DNA of 64,000 nucleotides from an uncultured delta proteobacterium (lineage in GTDB: Bacteria; Desulfobacterota; Desulfobacteria; Desulfobacterales; B30-G6): NCBI GenBank assembly GCA_963823335.1, contig CAWGLD010000006.1, forward strand, positions 1-64,000. The letters are read 5' to 3'. Every line of letters starts with the position of its first letter. Position 1 is the first letter of the stretch. Positions 1 to 10,146 of this stretch are shown here, piece after piece. The notes under the pieces were generated by a model that had not been told where the DNA came from, searched no databases, and saw only the letters and a program-made list of their open reading frames with translations. A program made the translations under genes and the position numbers.

Positions 1-1040
1 AAGCTCTCGCTTGTCCTCCGTTGGAATTAGATAAGCATTTTCCAAATGCGTCGAGATATTTTCTCAGTCGATCCTGCACGGGTGATGATGCAGGGGATAC
101 CAGCATTCATGGCCTCGATGATGGTCCACACTCCATATGTTCTCGACGGTACCGCAGGGCGGCAAAGACATCCGACATTGCCAATATCGAACTTACATCG
201 TTTCTTCTCCCGGCGATCACAACATATTCCTGGATGCCCATATTTTTAACCATCTCTCGCAACTCATTTTCCAACGCCCCTCCCCCGACAACCAGGAACT
301 TGACATGTTTCAACTCACGGATGACATATGGAATGCTCATGACAAAGGTACGGGGATCTTTCCCATGTCACCAGCCGTGCTACATAGGTAATGACCATTT
401 GGTCTTTTATTCCGAATTCACATTTTAATCGAGAGATGTCCACAGGCATCGCGCGTGTATCGAAGTCGATCATATTCGGGATTTCGATCACGTTCTTCTT
501 CCCAAAAAGACCTAACGATATCAGGTCAGCTCCCGGATGGGGTGAAATGACGGTATCCACGTTTCTTACCACATATTTTGCCAGCCATCTGGGGAAATGA
601 CGTAACTGGGTATTGTGAACGGTCAACACGACAGGTTTATTCCTCAGGTGTTTCACCACCAGGGCAATTGCCCCCCGAAATAATCCAGTTGGCGTGGATC
701 ACGTCACAATCTTTAGATACCTGCCAAGTTTTCAGCAGGAAAAAGAAAATAAAAAAAGGTATCTGCAGAATCAAAAAAAAATTGGTTTTCAAATTCTCAA
801 TGATGCCCTTTTCACCATAGGCCAGACACTCCAGGCGTGCCGGGGGGCAAAATATCTAAAACGAATAACCGAGACGCCACTAAAGAACTCACGCGTTTTC
901 GATCCAGGAGCATGAGGTGCAACAACCTTTATCTCACATTTATCTGACAAGGCTTTGACAAGATTGTATACAAAATTTCCATGGGCACCGTCGCCTGTGG
1001 CAAATCTTGGAAAAGAAGTCGTTAGAACACACGTTTTCAA
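1..1040 (-). CDS. Glycosyltransferase family 4 (GT-B); split by several frameshifts and running off the window edge
   Basis: Consecutive minus-strand fragments 789-1040 (MKTCVLTTSFPRF..IKVVAPH), 315-659 (PVVLTVH..IPNMID..ITYVARL) and 107-340 (FLVVGGG..LREMV..IAGRRNDVSSILAMSDVF) follow GT4 motif order. Confidence 0.75.
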
Positions 1041-1095
1041 GACAGGAATCCTCTTGTCACTCTGACTGAAAAATCATTGCGGGCACTGCACTTGA

Positions 1096-2052
1096 TCATT
1101 TCAAATCCTTGTTTGATTCCATGTCAAACCACATTCCGAAAAAGAGTGCTTGAAATCCGCTGATAAGTGTAAACAGCACCAGCCATGGCATTGATGTCAG
1201 GCATGTTTCCTGTTGTATGCCAGAGATATAGCAATCGCAGAATCAATGGGCCACTTGCGGTCGAACAGAATAAAGGAAAAAGCATAGAAGAATACCAGTG
1301 GATGGAAATCCTTAATGACATATTTGAAAAACAGGCGCTGTAAAAAACCTTTGACCAACAACCAGGAGATACTGGGAATTACCCGGATAAGTCGAATACC
1401 GGATTTTTCACCGATATTGTAAACCGGCCGAATATGCACATCTCGAACTCTGAAATCGTACTGATTCAACTTGATCAGCAGATCGTTTGGGAAACCATAT
1501 TTTTTGTATAAGCTTATCGAGTTCCAAACGTTTCAAGGCCATGAGAGATATTGCTGTATATCCGCTTTGAAAGTCTGCCACGTGCCAATATCCGGATGCA
1601 ATTTTAGTAAGTAAAGAAGAGAGAAGAGTTACCCCAGATACCGGTAATGTGGCATCATATCCCAGGCATCCCCGTAAGAACAGCCGGTTTCCCTTTGAAT
1701 AATCGGCTGAATCAGCCTGCAGACCGGATGGACAATATCGTCCAGGTCACCCGGATCCATTTGCCCGTCTCCCGCCATGACTACGGTTACATCAAACTGA
1801 TATTTGCTGGCCCATTTATATCCGCTGATAATTGCACCACCCACACCTTGATTGGCTTCGTGCTCGATCAGGAACAATCTTCTCGCTTTTTTTCTGGTAG
1901 CGCTTTACCGTTTCGACAGTTTTATCCCGGCTTGAATCGTCCACCACAACAATACGATCAATGTATGCCGGCATGGTATCGATAACCTTGCCGATTTGGG
2001 TTTCTTCATTAAATGCAGGGACGACAACGCAGATTGATTTATTATTATACAT
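1096..2052 (-). CDS. Glycosyltransferase family 2, DPM1/polyprenol-phosphate sugar synthase-like, with C-terminal membrane helices; frameshifted
   Basis: Fragments VVVPAFNEE..IVVVDDSSRDKT (1816-2052), NQGVGGAIISGY..VMAGDGQMDP (1629-1877) and RPVYNIGEKSGI..DFHPLVFFY (1197-1469); C-terminus FGMWFDMESNKDLK-stop ends at 1096. Confidence 0.8.
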
Positions 2053-2183
2053 GTACCTTCCAAGTTCAGCAAAATGACGGGTTATTGGTTAGGGTGCCTG
2101 CCCCCCTTGGCAGATAAAAAAAGAATTATGCTTTTGTCGCACGTTTTGGGTATCATAGATTCTATAACTGATACAGTGCATGG

Positions 2184-3803
2184 TCATTTTTTGCAAACAA
2201 AAGAGAATTCTGAAGCGGTAAAAAAATTGATAACCATTTGTTTTTTAATTTGATCCAACCTGTTATTACACCAATTATCCAACATGTCAAATCTTATCAG
2301 TATATGTGAAAAACCGAACTCCACAAATTTTGTACGCATGTCTTCTATCGAATCGGATTGCTGGACGACCGAATGAAACAGGTCGAGGTCGAAATGCATC
2401 TCCCTGTCGCTGTAGTATCCACGGCTGCCGATAAAAAGAGCCAATATTTTGGTAGTGGGTGGTAACATGTCATTTGCATATTGTATGGCAGCATACTCGG
2501 GCCTGTATTTTTCGATATACTGATCTCTCTTGATCGTACCGTTCTGGTACTGAATCGGTGTCAGAATCTGGAACTGCTCAGTGACATATGCTGCATTCAG
2601 ACTGAAAAGCAGCGCCACTACCGCAAGGGTAATTCCCATGAAGATTCGCCGCAGATCACCGGCAAATCTATTGCCGATGAATGAAAAAATATTATTCAAC
2701 CCGAACATTGACAAGACCACCAGACAGGGTATCGCCGGGGCAATATAGCGGATCCGGAAATCTGTGGTAAAGAAGACAATCAGAACCAGCAGAATCGAAA
2801 AAACAAGCAAGACGGCTTTCTCGGCATTTATAGCGACCGTGTTTCTGTCTTTGATTGAAACGTTAAATGCAAAAACTGGTAGTAAAATGAGGGCTGGATT
2901 CAAGCGGCCGTCAAAATACTGGGGTGCATCATCCCGGCCTTCAAAAAATATCCGCAGTGGAACCAGCACAATTTCCCACCACGTCTCATCATATATGAGT
3001 TTGCGCAGGGAGAAGGGGCGGCAATGTTGCGGTTTGGTGGGATTTCCCGGAATGAAACCAACTGTCAAAAAGTGGATACAGAGGATTTCGCCGGTCCATA
3101 AATAATTTTTGATTCCCCAAGGTGCATAAATAAGACCGGCGACCACGATAAAAATCATTATGTAAAGTAAAGAACGATTCGGAGCTGTCCTGTCATCTGG
3201 AATCTTTCGGAAAGAAATCGATACGATCAGGAGGGTCATCAAAAAAAAAACCATCAAACCATTATATTTGGTTCCCAGGGCCAGGCCGCAAAAAAGACCC
3301 GCCATGACCAGATAACGTGTACCAATGGATTCCTTACACCATTTCAGGATCGACACGAGGGCAGCCATGGAAAAAAAAACCAGTCCCAGATCTACATATG
3401 CTGATATTGAGAGCTTGACAATTACGGGGGTAGACAAGAAAAGCAAAACGCCCAGCAATGCATAGGTCTTTTCCAGTCGCTTTTTCAGATAACTGAATAT
3501 CAACCACGACGTCGCCAAAGCAAAGGCAAAATGTAAGTAATTTGGCAGAATGTCGTTTCCGAAATACAACGGAATCGTGTACAAAAGATCTAGGTTCATC
3601 GGATAATATGAAAACACCAGCTCTGGAATCTCATAAATCCCACCGTGCTTTATCCACATCTTTGGCACGGCCAAATGATGTACCAGGGCATCCCTGCTCA
3701 CCGGGGGCACCCATGCAAGGATACAAATAGAGACAATCAATATCAATAATAACAAGTAGATTGACGCCGTAAGACCCTTTTGTAGTTTTATTTTGGAAAT
3801 CAT
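2184..3803 (-). CDS. Multi-TM GT-C-type (ArnT/PMT-like) lipid-carrier-dependent glycosyltransferase
   Basis: 539-aa ORF with many TM helices and motifs PPVSRDALVHHLAVPK, YYPMN, SAYVDL, GLALGTKYNG and RYIAP. A compensating frameshift pair near 3020-3090 hides an NPLYPLF segment in another frame. Confidence 0.7.
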   Translation of the reverse strand: MISKIKLQKGLTASIYLLLLILIVSICILAWVPPVSRDALVHHLAVPKMWIKHGGIYEIPELVFSYYPMNLDLLYTIPLYFGNDILPNYLHFAFALATSWLIFSYLKKRLEKTYALLGVLLFLSTPVIVKLSISAYVDLGLVFFSMAALVSILKWCKESIGTRYLVMAGLFCGLALGTKYNGLMVFFLMTLLIVSISFRKIPDDRTAPNRSLLYIMIFIVVAGLIYAPWGIKNYLWTGEILCIHFLTVGFIPGNPTKPQHCRPFSLRKLIYDETWWEIVLVPLRIFFEGRDDAPQYFDGRLNPALILLPVFAFNVSIKDRNTVAINAEKAVLLVFSILLVLIVFFTTDFRIRYIAPAIPCLVVLSMFGLNNIFSFIGNRFAGDLRRIFMGITLAVVALLFSLNAAYVTEQFQILTPIQYQNGTIKRDQYIEKYRPEYAAIQYANDMLPPTTKILALFIGSRGYYSDREMHFDLDLFHSVVQQSDSIEDMRTKFVEFGFSHILIRFDMLDNWCNNRLDQIKKQMVINFFTASEFSFVCKK

Positions 3804-3817
3804 TCAGTTATGTTTTC

Positions 3818-5940
3818 CTATCTGTATTCCAAGGTTTCGGCTTTCAGGTTTAGGAAATCGACCAGCGCCGGCACTATAACGCGATCGTCAATCAGTACCA
3901 GTGTATCATCGATATAATGATATCCCCTGGCGCGTTCAGCCAGGTACCGTTTAATGGCGTCAATGGTAAACAGGCTGGGCAACAGCGGACAGGTAGTGCT
4001 CCACCCGGTTCGTGTCCTGCATGGCGAGTGCATTTTGAAGCAAGGCGAGATAAACCACGATATTCTTGGGGTGTCTGTTTCTGGCGGTTTTTAAAAACCA
4101 CTCCGCACGTTCGTAGAACCCCTTGCTGCTCAATGCCATGGGACAGGCTTATCAGGGTGTCTTTGTCATAAGGGTTTTGTTTTAAGGCAGCTTTCAATAG
4201 TTGCAGGGCCGAATCTGTTTTTCCTTGCCGGTGAGAGTATATCCTTTGCCGGTCAGAATGCGAGTATTGTTTTTGTACCGTCTGAGAAGCGCACTCGAGT
4301 TGTTCCAGGGCTTCTTCTTCTGTTACTGTTCAGCAGACAGAGCACCAGATTATAGCGAACCCTTTGGATATACGGCCTGTTTCGATTGTTGTTGCTTCGA
4401 CAAAAACACGGCTGTCTCGTAATCTTTACGCTTTTTGTAGATATTTCCCATATTTCCCAACGAGATGAAGCGGGACAGCTTCGGTACAGGATCTTTAAGG
4501 GTCAGCGCTTTTTGATACAGTATCAGGGCTTCATCCAATCGATTTTCTCTTTCAAGGGCCAGGGCAACGATCTGGTAGGGTCTGGCAATCGATGGCGCTT
4601 TTTGCATGGCGTCTCGCCACAAACGCTTTTCAGTGACCCAGACGCTGTTGCGGATATAGGACCCAAGGCCCAAACCTGCCACCAGTATGGGTACGCTGCA
4701 GACCAGTATAAAATATAGCATCCTGTTTTTATGACGATAAGTATCGATCAAGTGTTTCATGCCGGCCGCAACGGGCAGAAACAGGAAAAGGGATGGCAGG
4801 TAATTTCGATGTTCAAAAACCAGTTCGAGTGGAAATATTGTAGATTCTACACTGTGTCCCAAAAAGAAAAACAGGATTGAAAAGGACCACAAAGCGTTGC
4901 GGCGCAAACTATAAAACGCACCGGTATCAGTGTGCAGACAATCACCAAAGCGCCCGTGGTTGTCCAGGGATCCACCAGTGATTTTGACAACGCGAAATCG
5001 TGCACGATAGAAAACTGCTGGGGAACCGGGTAAAAAAGCTGACTCAGATAAAAAACCATCACCCTGAACTCGGTCAGCAGTCGCTCGGTCAACGTGAATG
5101 GGCGCTGTTGATACCCGGCGGCAATGGTGGACAGCGGGTTTTCCTGCCAATAAAATAAAAGCAAGCCATAAAACAGCACCAGGCCGATAACGACAGCAGC
5201 ACCCATCAATTTTATTTTGGTGCGCTTAAAAAAACCCGGTGCCATATAAAAAACAATTTCGATCAACAACCAGGCAGCGGGTAAGGTAACCGTGTTTTTT
5301 TTGGTACCCATGGCCAGAAGATAACAGAGCAAACACAAACCGAATAGCAGGTATCTTCTGCCCGGTGCGCGAACACAGCGACCCTTTAAATACAGATAAA
5401 TCCCGGCCAGGTAAAACAAGGTTGCCAGGCTGGCCATACGCTGTACAATATAGGTGACGGCCTGGGTCTGGACCGGATGCAGCGCCCATAGTGCCGTCGC
5501 TAAAAGGGCAATAAAGGGCTCGTTACCCTGAAACCGGTCTCGAAGATTCGGTGTTTGCAGAAGGTTGAGGATCGTGAAATAAAGCAGACAGCTCGTTAGG
5601 CAGTGTATACTGATATTGACAAGGTGATACCCGAAAACATCTCGTTCCCCCCAGGTACCAGTTGAAGGCAAAGGTCAACATTGCCACCGGGCGGTAGAGA
5701 TCGAAAAGACCGGGTTTAGGGTTGGCCGGATCCGTGAAGGGTGCGCGTACGCTCCTGGACCAGGCTATCCATGGACAGTTTCGAAACGTGCACATTGGTG
5801 TTGTCCAGAATATTGGTGAAGTCGTCCAGATGCCATGCAGCGTTAAACGTGTTTGAGTAAACGAGCACAATCAAAATCAAAAGAAGCCAGAGGTGAGAGC
5901 GTGTTCTGGATTCCGGACGGCAGGCAGTCTTTTGGGTCAA
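3818..5940 (-). CDS. TMTC-like membrane glycosyltransferase with C-terminal TPRs (copy 1); frameshifted
   Basis: TTG start at 5940 after GGAGGA. Ordered motifs across frames: YSNTFNAAWHLDD, YRPVAMLTFAFNW, GYHLVNISIH, LWALHPVQTQAVTYIVQRMASL, RLLTEFRV, ELVFEHRNYLPS, RNSVW..LWRDAMQKAP, then TPR helices. Confidence 0.75.
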
Positions 5941-6025
5941 GTGTTTTCCTCCGCGCTGTTCAGCGCAATCCATGCAGATGTCTTCTGGAGAGCGCGCCTG
6001 ACGCTGGGAATACAGAGATGGTGCA

Positions 6026-7214
6026 TCAATCCCACAGAACACGGATGATATCAGGCGGGATATGTCCGACAAAGAGCTTACCGTTGATCAGATAACCTGG
6101 TGTGGCGGTGATACCCAGTTGAATGCCATCCCTGATATCGGCCCTCAGTTTTTGTCGTAATGACCGGTCACTCACCGACGCCTGCAAATTCAATGACATC
6201 AAACCCTGCAGCTGTGGCCATCTCTCTGATGTTGAAGTGGCCTTCCTGTTTGTCGATATGGTAAAGCATGTCGTTGATTTTCCAGAACTTTTCCTTTTCA
6301 GCAGCGTAAAGGGAAAGGAGTGCCATTTTCCCTGAGCCTATATGGTAGGGCTCTTTTACCATGGGATTATAGACATGATCCATGGGAAAATTCCGGTGAA
6401 TGAGTCTGAGCCTGCCCGGATGGCTGGCCATGAGCTCGCGTATGTAAAAGTGCATTTTTCTACACTGAAAGCACTGGTAGTCTGAAAATTCAGTAATGAC
6501 CAATTGCGGATGCAGGGCCCCGATCCAGGGATGGCCCTCTTCGGTCATGCCGCTCATGAGTTCCTGGCTCAAGGGGGGAGATGACAATTCCCAGTAATGC
6601 GGTGTGAAAAGTATCAGCAGGAGAGCTACCCCGCCGATCAGGCCGAGATAGATGCAGAGCGCTTTTTTTCGATCAAGCAACCAGTGAATTTCCTTTTTAA
6701 TGCTTTCCAGCATGCTCAGGTTTTCAAAACGCTTGTGAATCAACCAGGTGTAGAACAACAGCGTCAGATTCACGGCGTAACTGGCAATACACATGATACA
6801 GTAACTGCGGATATACACCATGGAAATAACTGCCAGAACAATACTGTAGATGGAATAACAGAGCGCCAGGATGAACAGGGTGGGCCAAAGCCGGTTTTTG
6901 CCTGATGAGGGCTCTTCGGGTTGTGAAGAGAAGCAGAAGAAATAATAGATAGCCGACAACGCCCCACACGGGAACCGGTACATCCAGGAAAATGGAAAAT
7001 GCGCTCTGTGACACCGTGTCGCAATTGATGGATTTGGATACAGCACAAAAGCTCTTGTACCCCATATCGGTGTATACCCGGTAATGGGAAACGGCAAGAT
7101 AGACGGCGTCTGCAAGACCCACGAATGCAATCGCGACAACGGACCAGAAATAGACGGGAAACGGCAGTGGTTTAATTTTTGTTGTGTTTTCACTTTTTCG
7201 GGACGTTCATTCAA
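6026..7214 (-). CDS. Vitamin K epoxide reductase (VKOR)-DsbA/thioredoxin fusion; frameshifted
   Basis: VKOR loop cysteines SFCAVSKSINCDTVSQS, membrane CxxC (YCIMC), thioredoxin-fold FSDYQCFQC, and cis-Pro loop GITATPGY in the shifted 3' frame ending at TGA 6026. Confidence 0.8.
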
Positions 7215-9327
7215 TGTGTTGCAGGCGTCGGATTTCGAAGTCTTCCAACAGACGTGTCATGTTTCTTTTACAACCGGAATGATAAGTTCTGCCGACATGG
7301 GTGCTGTGCGATAGTTATCGGAAAATTCAAAACCATCCATGATGGTTTGTATACGAAATTCTGCAAACATTTGCTCTGAATATTTTTCGGCTTTTTGCAG
7401 TTCCCGGCCCTGACACTGTTTTCTATCAGTGCATAAACAGGCCGTGATATCTCCCGGGGATGCTTTTGGCGGCTTTTTTCAAAAACAACTCGGCATTGCC
7501 ATTCTACCCATCAAGCTGAGAGCCACACCGGTATTCAACAAAACGGCCGGGTTGTTGGGTTCCATTTCCAATGCTTTTCGAAAATAAACAAGGGCTTTTT
7601 CAGGTTTATTTTGCCACAGCAGTATAAAACCTTTGAGTTTAAAATAATCCGGATCGAGATAGTTTTTTTTGTTGGCAATGAGCCGATCCGCTTCCTCCGT
7701 ACCCTCTTCCCATTGTCCCATCATGATAAGGCGCTGATTAAATCATATCGCATTTTTAAAAAATCGGGATCAATTTCAAGACCTTGTTTATAGGTATCAA
7801 CGGCTTTTTGATATTCACCCCGATGGTAATATATGATGCCGATATTATTGTAATATCGTGAATCAAGAAAATTTGCTGCCTGTGTTCAGGGTCAAGGCCT
7901 TATTAAACATGCCAATGCCACATCATATTGCAGAGGTGTGGAGTTTTGGTCCCCATGCAAGCTGGATAGCCAGATTTCATATCGGGCGGGCATCCTGGGG
8001 GCTTTTTTCATGGCATCCTGCCACAGGGTTGTTTCGGTGCGCCAGTCCCTGTTGCGAATGTAGGTAAAGCAGCCCAGACCAATGACGACAAGTGTCATAA
8101 AGCTTGCCATAAGTGCATACATGGGACGGTTCTTTGTTCGATAAAAATTGATCAGATACTTCAGGCCAGCGGCAACCGGCAAAAAGATAAATAAAGACGG
8201 AAGGTAATTGCGGTGTTCAAAAATAAGTTCCAACGGAAGAATTGTCGATTCGACAACATGGTTCAAAAAAAAGAATAAAATTGCAAAAGCCAGTAACGGT
8301 CTCTTTTTTACCTGCGACACGGCCGATGCCTATCAGCAGCAGAACGGTTAGAATCGCACGGCAGTGTCGTCCACGGGCGACAACAGTGAAGTTGAAACGA
8401 CGATATCGTGGGTTATGGAAAGTCTGGCAGGCAGCGGATAAAAAATCTGGCTGATATAAAACAGAAGGATTCTCGGTTCGGTCAACAGATCGTTCCACGA
8501 GGGTAAAGGGTCTTGTGGCAAACCCGCTGAAAAGAAAATCCAAAGCACCGGTTTTAAAAATGGCTAATTCCAAGTAAAATGAGCGCAGATCCCGGTGACC
8601 GTCAGAACCGGGAAGTGCTTTCTCATACTGCTTTAATGCCGCCGAATCCGGATAAAATATTATTTCGATCAGGAACAGGCTTACTGGCAGCATCAGCGGC
8701 GTTTTCCTTTGACATTACTGCACACACAAAGCTGCAAAACACACGCCATGTAAAACAGTACTTGATGTCTTTGTCCATGCTTGGCCTGGCGACCTCTTGA
8801 TATAAAAATAAATTCCAAGAATATAAAACATGGCTGCCATGGCGGCCATGCGCTGAACAATATAGGTGACGGCCTGGATCTGGATCGGGTTGACTGCCCA
8901 CAAGATGGCACTTAACAAGGAAATGAAATAAATATCTCTTCATTGTAATCGATCTTTCAGATTGGGGGTCAGAAGCAGACTGAATGTCGTGAGGAATAAA
9001 ATAAATGCGGTCAGTATGTGTATGGCAATGTTCACCAGGTGATATCCGAAAGGTGTTGTCTTGACCCGCATACCAGTTGAGGGCCAGTGAAAGACTGGGA
9101 AGTGGGCGAAAAAATTCATTTTTACCTGCCTTTGGCAAAAAAAGTATTCCAGAGTGAGGCAGGTGACAAATCGGTTATATGAAGCCGTGTGTTGTCGACG
9201 ATGTTCGGTTTGTCATCAAATTGCCACGCAGCATGAAAGGTATTGGAATAAATTGGCAGTATCAACAACACCAACAAAACAAAGGCCGTTCCGGTCTTTA
9301 TTTTGTTGGTATCAGATTTCTCTTCAA
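7211..9327 (-). CDS. TMTC-like membrane glycosyltransferase with C-terminal TPRs (copy 2); heavily frameshifted
   Basis: Ordered motifs YSNTFHAAWQFDDKPNI, RPLPSLSLALNW, LWAVNPIQIQAVTYIVQRMAAM, LLTEPRILLFY, ELIFEHRNYLPS, RNRDWRTETTLWQDAMKKAP and TPRs (7479-7724). Paralogous to 3818-5940; ends are approximate. Confidence 0.72.
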
Positions 9328-9385
9328 CGATTTAGCCTCGTTTAAATGCAAATGAATTTTATGCAATGCGGCATGGCTTGAAATT

Positions 9386-9421
9386 AAAAAAAAGGGGATG
9401 AGTTGCCCCGTCCCCTTTTTT
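9386..9421 (-). terminator. Intrinsic terminator downstream of pilA (possibly bidirectional)
   Basis: A8-GGGGATG..CGTCCCC-T6 hairpin with A/T tails on both sides. Confidence 0.7.
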
Positions 9422-9519
9422 ATATCGTTAGACAATCAGTTATAGGTATATCACTTATGGTGCAGAACCTCGGTGAAATACATTGATTGCCGTTCCACCC
9501 TGAACTTGCGTCCTGATAT

Positions 9520-9849
9520 TCAGTCGGGACATCGACCGCTGCCATCGGTAACCGTAATGGTAATACTAACACTCGGATCGGCGGTGGTAATTGTAAACGT
9601 ATTGGTTCCTGATGCAGCATAGCCAACATCGGCAGTTGCGATGTCCGTATGGGTCGGAATGGCAAAGTAGTCTGCAATGTCTGCCGCAATACTTTTGGCA
9701 TCCGATTCCGCGGCACTACAGAATGCCTTGTTCCTGTAGGCGATAAAGTTTGGTATGGCGATGGCTGCCAGAATACCGATAATGGCGATAACGATCATCA
9801 ATTCGATCAGGGTGAAACCTTGTTTGTTGCCTCTCATTTTCTGAAACAT
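9520..9849 (-). CDS. pilA: Type IVa major pilin; true C-terminus probably extends past 9520 via a frameshift
   Basis: Class III signal KQG|FTLIELMIVIAIIGILAAIAIP with E5; AGGAGG RBS. An alternative frame continues CPTEYQDASSGW. Confidence 0.92.
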   Translation of the reverse strand: MFQKMRGNKQGFTLIELMIVIAIIGILAAIAIPNFIAYRNKAFCSAAESDAKSIAADIADYFAIPTHTDIATADVGYAASGTNTFTITTADPSVSITITVTDGSGRCPD

Positions 9850-9987
9850 TATGGTCCTCCTTTTAGTGGTGCAGTTTATGTTAAACGAAAATCGGGTCGT
9901 ATTCTCTCAAATTTTCTTGCGGATGCGTCGCGCGCTCCAATTCACCTCCTTGAATTTTTTGTTTTTGTATTTTACAAGCTGATAGAC

Positions 9988-10003
9988 AGCAAAAGCCATA
10001 CCA
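9988..10003 (-). promoter_or_regulatory. Sigma-54 (-24/-12) promoter of pilA
   Basis: Minus strand TGGTATGGCTTTTGCT has exact GG-N10-GC spacing, ~140 bp upstream of pilA and next to a sigma-54 activator gene. Confidence 0.75.
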
Positions 10004-10075
10004 TAAAAAAATAAATAAATCAATAACAATGCAACCATTTGTGTTGATTATATAAATAAATTAAATTGTTTTTTT

Positions 10076-10146
10076 GCGACAAGAAGAATGTGACAGGAGA
10101 ATTGATTTAAATGACATGTTTTGGCACAAAATGACAATAATTGTCA
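10076..10146. promoter_or_regulatory. Putative PilR enhancer sites
   Basis: TGACA at 10091, 10112 and 10132 (~20-21 bp period), including the palindrome TGACAATAATTGTCA, separated from the sigma-54 promoter by an AT-rich spacer. Confidence 0.5.

Noticed and set aside
1-9330. Programmed frameshifting or true pseudogenes
   Set aside because: Too many scattered shifts, some compensating, with intact catalytic motifs; sequencing error is more parsimonious.
9452-9531. pilA ends C-P-D-TGA (CxxU-like), with a small GTTC-AGGGTG-GAAC hairpin downstream and tRNA-Sec in the window, suggesting a selenocysteine pilin
   Set aside because: The TGA lies at the edge of the indel-rich zone. Removing one C gives a more pilin-like CPTEYQDASSGW, and the 4-bp hairpin is too weak to call a SECIS. 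Accurate reads would settle it.
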